DNA of 64,000 nucleotides from an uncultured Acidobacteriota bacterium (GTDB lineage Bacteria; Acidobacteriota; UBA6911): the NCBI GenBank assembly GCA_963843575.1, contig CAWJKZ010000024.1:448001-512000 (forward strand), given 5' to 3'. The notes under the pieces were generated by a model that saw only the letters and a list, made by a program, of their open reading frames with translations, was not told where the DNA came from and made no database searches. Both the position numbers and the translations under genes were made by a program. How positions within the stretch are numbered: the first letter of the stretch is position 1; each line of letters begins with the position of its first letter. Shown here in pieces: positions 63,126 through 64,000 of the stretch.

Positions 63126-64000
63126 TCAGGGCTTCGGCCGCGCGGCGTCGATCCGGAACGTCTGCCGTCCGGCGCCATGCTCCCAGAACCTCTCGCTCTC
63201 GGCCGTAGCTTCGCCGATCCGGCGCCCCCGCCCCTCGGGCAGCCCGGGCTCGCTCGGCAGCTCGAAGTGCGCCCCCACCTCGAAACGCGTCGCATCGACG
63301 ACCCGATACTCGTAGGGCCGGCCCGTAACTCGGTCCGACTTCTGCTCCACGAAAGTACCCGGGTTGATGTCGCAGGCCTCGAGCGATTCCGGCAGGGCTC
63401 CCTTGTTGGAGTAGTACCGCTCCGCCTGCCGGCTGATGGCCGCCAGGTCCTGGACGCGCTGACGATCCTGTGCCAGCAACCGCGCCTTCATCGGACTGCC
63501 GGCGAACCAGAACGCGACGCCCAGCACCACCACGACCGCCGAGACGAGAGCGGCCAGGCCGAGTCTCGCTGGGCGCGCCGGGCCGGTTTCGACCGGCGGC
63601 GGCGCCTCGTCGCGCCGCAGCTCGCGGAAGTAATAGACGAACGCTCCGCCGGCCAGGAGCGCGACGGCTGCCACCTTCAGGCCGAACCGCAGCGTGATCT
63701 CGCCCTCGAGGAAGCGAAGGATCAGGGCGATCAGGTCGACCACGACCGAAATCGAGGCCACAAACAGGGTCAGATACGCCAGCCAGCAGCGCACCGGCGA
63801 GGTCCTCTGGCCCGGGTTTCGGGCAGCTTCCCGCGCGACGACCGAGCACATGAACAGGAAAATCGGAAACGCCACGACCGTCGAGGCGATGCCGTAGCGC
63901 AACGGCACAATGGATGCCTGCGCCGTTTCGCCGGCCTGCGGCAGGAACAGGTCGATCAGGTTGAACAGGATCGAACCCAGCTGAAAGGCAGCCGTGTACA
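63126..64000 (-). CDS. DUF5671-like membrane protein, 5'-partial
   Basis: R.WLAYLTLFVA, FLEGEITLRFGLK, GSP..ARL...D..RV.DL and YEYRV. The frame is open to the window edge. Confidence 0.75.
   Translation of the reverse strand, partial: YTAAFQLGSILFNLIDLFLPQAGETAQASIVPLRYGIASTVVAFPIFLFMCSVVAREAARNPGQRTSPVRCWLAYLTLFVASISVVVDLIALILRFLEGEITLRFGLKVAAVALLAGGAFVYYFRELRRDEAPPPVETGPARPARLGLAALVSAVVVVLGVAFWFAGSPMKARLLAQDRQRVQDLAAISRQAERYYSNKGALPESLEACDINPGTFVEQKSDRVTGRPYEYRVVDATRFEVGAHFELPSEPGLPEGRGRRIGEATAESERFWEHGAGRQTFRIDAARPKP

Overview
This is a GC-rich (roughly two-thirds G+C, estimated by eye) bacterial window, probably Acidobacteriota-like. That call rests on the LESWKEIA-type HTH-TM protein, a carboxypeptidase-regulatory/TPR protein, DUF5107-TPR and many Tat-exported sugar enzymes. 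About a dozen otherwise intact genes are broken by single-base indels, which is most consistent with long-read assembly error. The coding content includes glycan-degradation genes (GH29, heparinase II/III-like, GH106, NamZ, GH2, GH4, UxuA, isomerase-like, Gfo/Idh/MocA) and an orphan A-T-C-A-T NRPS whose starter domain resembles oxalate-CoA ligase. It also includes a group 3d NAD-coupled [NiFe]-hydrogenase operon (hoxFUYHW) with a convergent two-component pair, a MarR-YceI-pirin locus with a readable promoter and two operators, and proC, a radical SAM gene, OPT, pepT and OsmC. Several truncated gene remnants are present. The most unusual non-coding signal is two AT-rich elements of about 230-240 bp (1533-1760 and 59072-59311). 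They share GGGGACGGACC terminal inverted repeats and a helically phased array of internal motifs, and they supply start or stop codons to neighbouring genes. A separate 240 bp MITE with 30 bp TIRs truncates a gene, and a ~52 bp repeat brackets the hox operon in inverted orientation. No rRNA, tRNA, CRISPR array, transposase or integrase was recognised.
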